From the NCBI RefSeq assembly GCF_009914755.1, contig NC_060933.1: a stretch of DNA of 64,000 bases. One strand, written 5' to 3'. The notes under the pieces were generated by a model. The model did not search any database. It saw nothing but the letters and a program-made list of their open reading frames with translations, and was not told where the DNA came from. Each line of letters starts with the position of its first letter. Position 1 is the stretch's first letter. This DNA comes from the human T2T-CHM13v2.0 reference genome, Homo sapiens. A program made the position numbers and the translations under genes. Shown here in pieces: positions 59,450-64,000 of this stretch.

Positions 59450-59920
59450 AGGAGGCAGGGTGCATAGTGGAAAGGGGCTCAGAGGCAGGAAGATCTGGTT
59501 CCAATCCTAGCTCTGCCACTGACTACTTGTGTAACATTGAGAAAACCACTTAACTCCTCCGAACTTCAATCTTCTCCTCTTTAATCTGCAGATAACAATT
59601 TCTACTACTTAGTATGATTATGTGAATTAAATCAGGTACTGGAATTCAAATGCCTAGCCCTGTCCAAAGCAAGCAGGCTGTAATTAAAAGGCTAATTTGT
59701 GGAGCAATTACTACGCACAACACGGGCTAAGTGTTTTATATATTATTGCATCTAATCTCACAGCAATGCGATGAGCGAGGCACTATCATCACCATTTTAC
59801 AAATAGGAAAACCAGTGCTATGAAGATGTTATCCTCCTCAAGGTCACATAACCAGAAGGTGACAAAGGCACAACTGGACGCCCAGGTCTGCCTGATTTCA
59901 AAGCCTATGCTTTTAAATCA
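59450..59920. mobile_element. Two adjacent MIRs in opposite orientation
   Basis: ctggttccaatcctagctctgccact (sense core), then ccattttacaaataggaaaac...aaggtcaca (antisense core). Similar MIRs lie near 14400, 22850, 28150, 29450 and 32650-33050. Confidence 0.7.
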
Positions 59921-61044
59921 CAGCCATACACAACATGGCTTGATGGAATGCCAGCCTGTACCAAGTAATTCTCTTTTCTGGCTGCTCCGATAAACCTAAG
60001 GGCAGCAATAAATAGTATGTCTGCCCTTCCAAGTTCCCTCAGCTACACTCAGAGTCTTCCAAGACATCCTCCTCTTTCCCACTGACCTAAAAATATCCCA
60101 ATACAGACCAACAAATAGATTTAACTCCACTCCTCTTTAAAATTCTGATCTTTCCCACAGAACTTTCTTTGCTGCTTAAACGAGAGTGTCATTAGATAAA
60201 GCAATAACGGTAATAATCAGGGAAATAAAATGGAACGCTAGATGTAGAAGAACCCTAGAGATCGGCCAGCCCTACCACTTCAGTATACAGATGTGGATGC
60301 TGAGTTACTTCCCAAGGTAACACAGCTGGTCAGCAGCAGCCTTCACGCCAGGGCCCAGTCACCTCCCACATACCTGACCTCCACTTACAATCCAATTTCA
60401 AACCCAAAGTTCAGACTCTTAAAGGATTTGCAGCCCATTTTTCCTTTTTCCCAGTAGTTGAGAGCTTGTGACCTGTCACAGCTGCTGTTCAAGGGAGGAA
60501 AGCAGTGCAGATAATGCATTCCCCATCTAGGAGAGGGGAAGCTGCCCAGGATCGCCAAACACCAAGTCATAAAACTCATCATTCCATGCCAATAGCTTAG
60601 AATGATTCTAGGGTGCCTGGAATAGCGAAAACTCTGGATACTACAGGCAAGGCCTTCTCAAAGAAGGATCTATGTCTCTGGAATGGTGTTTTGTCTTAAC
60701 AACCCCCACAACCCAACTGGCCTCAGGGAAAGAGTAAAGCCCACACTTTTCCTAAAGTGCATTTGTGTTTACCTGCAGTGGTTTATAAACTTTTAAAATA
60801 TTTATTTACTAAAAGTTTTTCTATTTAATTTATGATATACCCAGAGGCCAAAGGACAAGTAAACTGCAAAATATAACAACTTTTGGACATAGATATACTT
60901 TACAGCAATCTTGAGGCAAGATATCTCATACTCCCTACCTACACCTCATCTGTAGAGATCTTTAAAGAATCAGAACAGTGAGAGAAATCTGAATAACTCC
61001 AGCTTATACTCCACTCATGGTGCCGGTGAAATGATCAGGGATCA

Positions 61045-61461
<417 letters not shown>

Positions 61462-62359
61462 TTATTTGGTACGCGTATAACAAAGAGATGCAAATGATAT
61501 ACCAACTAGCAGTCGCTGCCTGAGTGCCACGCTGGAAGGATTAAGAGGCTACCACCAAGTTTAGTGAAAAAGACTACCTAGATCAATTAAGCCACGCCAG
61601 CCAAAACGCTGGGTTAGGATGGGGGTGGGGTGAATATCTGTGCAGGAAGGGAAAGGAAGAGAAGAGAATTCTGAAGGAAATGTCTCCAGGCTGTTGAACA
61701 TGACGACTTGCAGAATCATACGTTTGGAAGACATCTGGAACAACAACGAAGCCATAAAAATATGAATGAAGTTGCTCGAAGAGGAAGGAATAAAAACAAA
61801 ACCTTGGAGAAACCGTATTTGCGAAGAAGGAAAATAAGTTTCTGGGGGAAAAACTGACAAAAAGAGTAAGAAAACTCTGTCACAGGGATCAAAGAAAGAA
61901 ACGACTTTTATATGTTTAACAGTTTGATGCCACAGAAAAATCAAAAGTCATGAGGGCTGGGAAAAAGACATCTTATTTGGTGGCTAGAAAACAGCTTTAG
62001 TAGAGCCGCTGGGGTGGGGACAAGGACTCAGTGCTGAAGAAGTGGTTCAACAGACATTCTGAAAAATCTGGTGGTGAAAGCAGCAAGAAATTACCCAGGA
62101 GGTACTTAAGAAATGTTAACTCTGGGGTGGTCATCATGGGGCAGTGGGTGGAAGAACTAAAATCAGATCATCTTGCAAATACAGAGAAACAGATTCGCAG
62201 ATAGGAATACTCTGATGAACAAAAATAATCGGTGGAAAAAGAGCCTGGACTGGCAAGAAGGCATGATTAAAGAGGGCAGATGGATGACATTAAAAAGACA
62301 ACTTGAGAGGGGAGAGAAGAATCAGAGCCAGGTCTGCTGGCCTCGACCCAGGGCATCTA

Positions 62360-62830
<471 letters not shown>

Positions 62831-63419
62831 TCATCAGCAGCAATGCAAGGCTAAGGACAGGTGATAGCAGATGCTGATCAGAGAAGCCCTGTTGGAATGG
62901 GCAGGCAGGCATCAGGCTGAGTGGGCACGAGGGATGCCAGCAAGAGCCAGAGCTGAGGGATGGGAGAGAGCAGCAAACGATATGTTCAGCGGCTACTGGA
63001 GAGCACCTCATGGGCTCTTCCGGCCCCTCCCCTCTTGGCAATGAAAAGGAAAAAGAGTTTCTTCTGTGAAAAATATTTAGATTAATTAGAGAAACCTCTT
63101 CAAGAAGGTACAATTGGTGAAGCCATCCCTGGGACGCGTGGGGTAGGATTTTGTCAATGGCCTCATCACCTCAGAGGGAGACACAGAAAGAAACATGTCC
63201 ACAACTCTTTCAATTCTTGGAGAGCCAATCCTCTGGGGGAAGGAAGATACCACTCTGGAATGTTCTATCTCTTCACTACTCCTTTTTATGAGGCCCGGGG
63301 AACACTCTGCCTGGAAGCCTATTCCTAGCCTTCCCTGTTACTTCCCTGAAATTTCAGAAATCCCTCCTACCAGGTCTTCCTGGACCCCCTGTCAGGTCCA
63401 TATTCATGTTACTCTTCCC

Positions 63420-63705
63420 CACACATGCCTGTAATCCCAGCACTTTGGAAGACTGAGGTGTGCAGATCCCTTAAGCCTAGGAGTTTGAGACCAGCCTGGG
63501 TAACATGGTGAAACCCCGAATCTACAAACAACAACATACAAAAGTTATCCAGGTGTGGTGGCATGTGCCTGTAGTCCCAGCTACTTGGGAAGCTAAGGCA
63601 AAAGACACATGAGTCCAGAGGGTTGAGACTGCAGTGAGCTGTGTTCGGCCCCCTGCACTCCAGCCAGGACAACAGAGCAAGACCCTGTCTCAAAAGAAAA
63701 AAAAA
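63420..63705 (+). mobile_element. AluJ, followed by an L1M 3'UTR fragment to 64000
   Basis: Diverged dimer; downstream tttatatgaatttctagaacagaaaaactaatct...tttgtcaaaactca is L1MC/ME-like. Confidence 0.82.
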
Positions 63706-64000
63706 TTGCTGAAAGAATTAATCGAAAGAATACATACTTTATGATTTAATTTATATGAATTTCTAGAACAGAAAAACTAATCTTTAGTGGGAAAAAAGTC
63801 AGATAAGGGGTTCCCACTGAGAGTGAGAGAAGAGAGTGAGGGTGAAGGGGCATGCAGAAATGTTCTGGAGTGCTGGCAGTGTTCTTCATCTTCATAGGGA
63901 CTTGGGTTAAATAGGCACATGATTTTGTCAAAACTCAGCAAGTGCACCTCAAGATTTGTTCATTAAATGCTAAGTTTCTTGCAAAAGAAAAAAGAACAAT

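Noticed and set aside
61561-61944. 127-aa minus-strand ORF in SAXO1 intron 1
   Set aside because: F/S/L-biased translation of a pyrimidine-rich strand, with no homology and no match to the expected Cys-rich SAXO1 exon 1.

Overview
Primate genomic DNA, almost certainly human chr9p22, not a prokaryotic locus. It holds the 3' ends of two convergent genes. On + are the last three coding exons of ADAMTSL1 (8750-8859, 9660-9880, 11411-11517; final TSP1 repeats and PLAC domain) and a ~2.4 kb 3'UTR. On - are coding exons 2-4 of SAXO1/FAM154A (53848-53669, 44833-44631, 32036-31033; Mn-motif ciliary microtubule stabiliser); exon 1 lies beyond the window. All six exons were rebuilt by hand with GT-AG boundaries and consistent phases. 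The rest is mostly transposon debris: L1PA, L1M, ~17 Alu/FAM, MaLR/ERVL LTRs, MER DNA transposons, L2, MIR and microsatellites. Nearly all short ORFs in the track are spurious or Alu/L1-derived. I found no convincing new biological system. The best leads are a polyadenylated MaLR LTR fragment behind an L1 (possible 3' transduction), a 9x UAAUG cluster beside the donor of the frame-symmetric SAXO1 exon 2, candidate alternative polyadenylation events, and several templated-insertion scars. Repeat subfamily names come from recalled consensus features and repeat boundaries are approximate.
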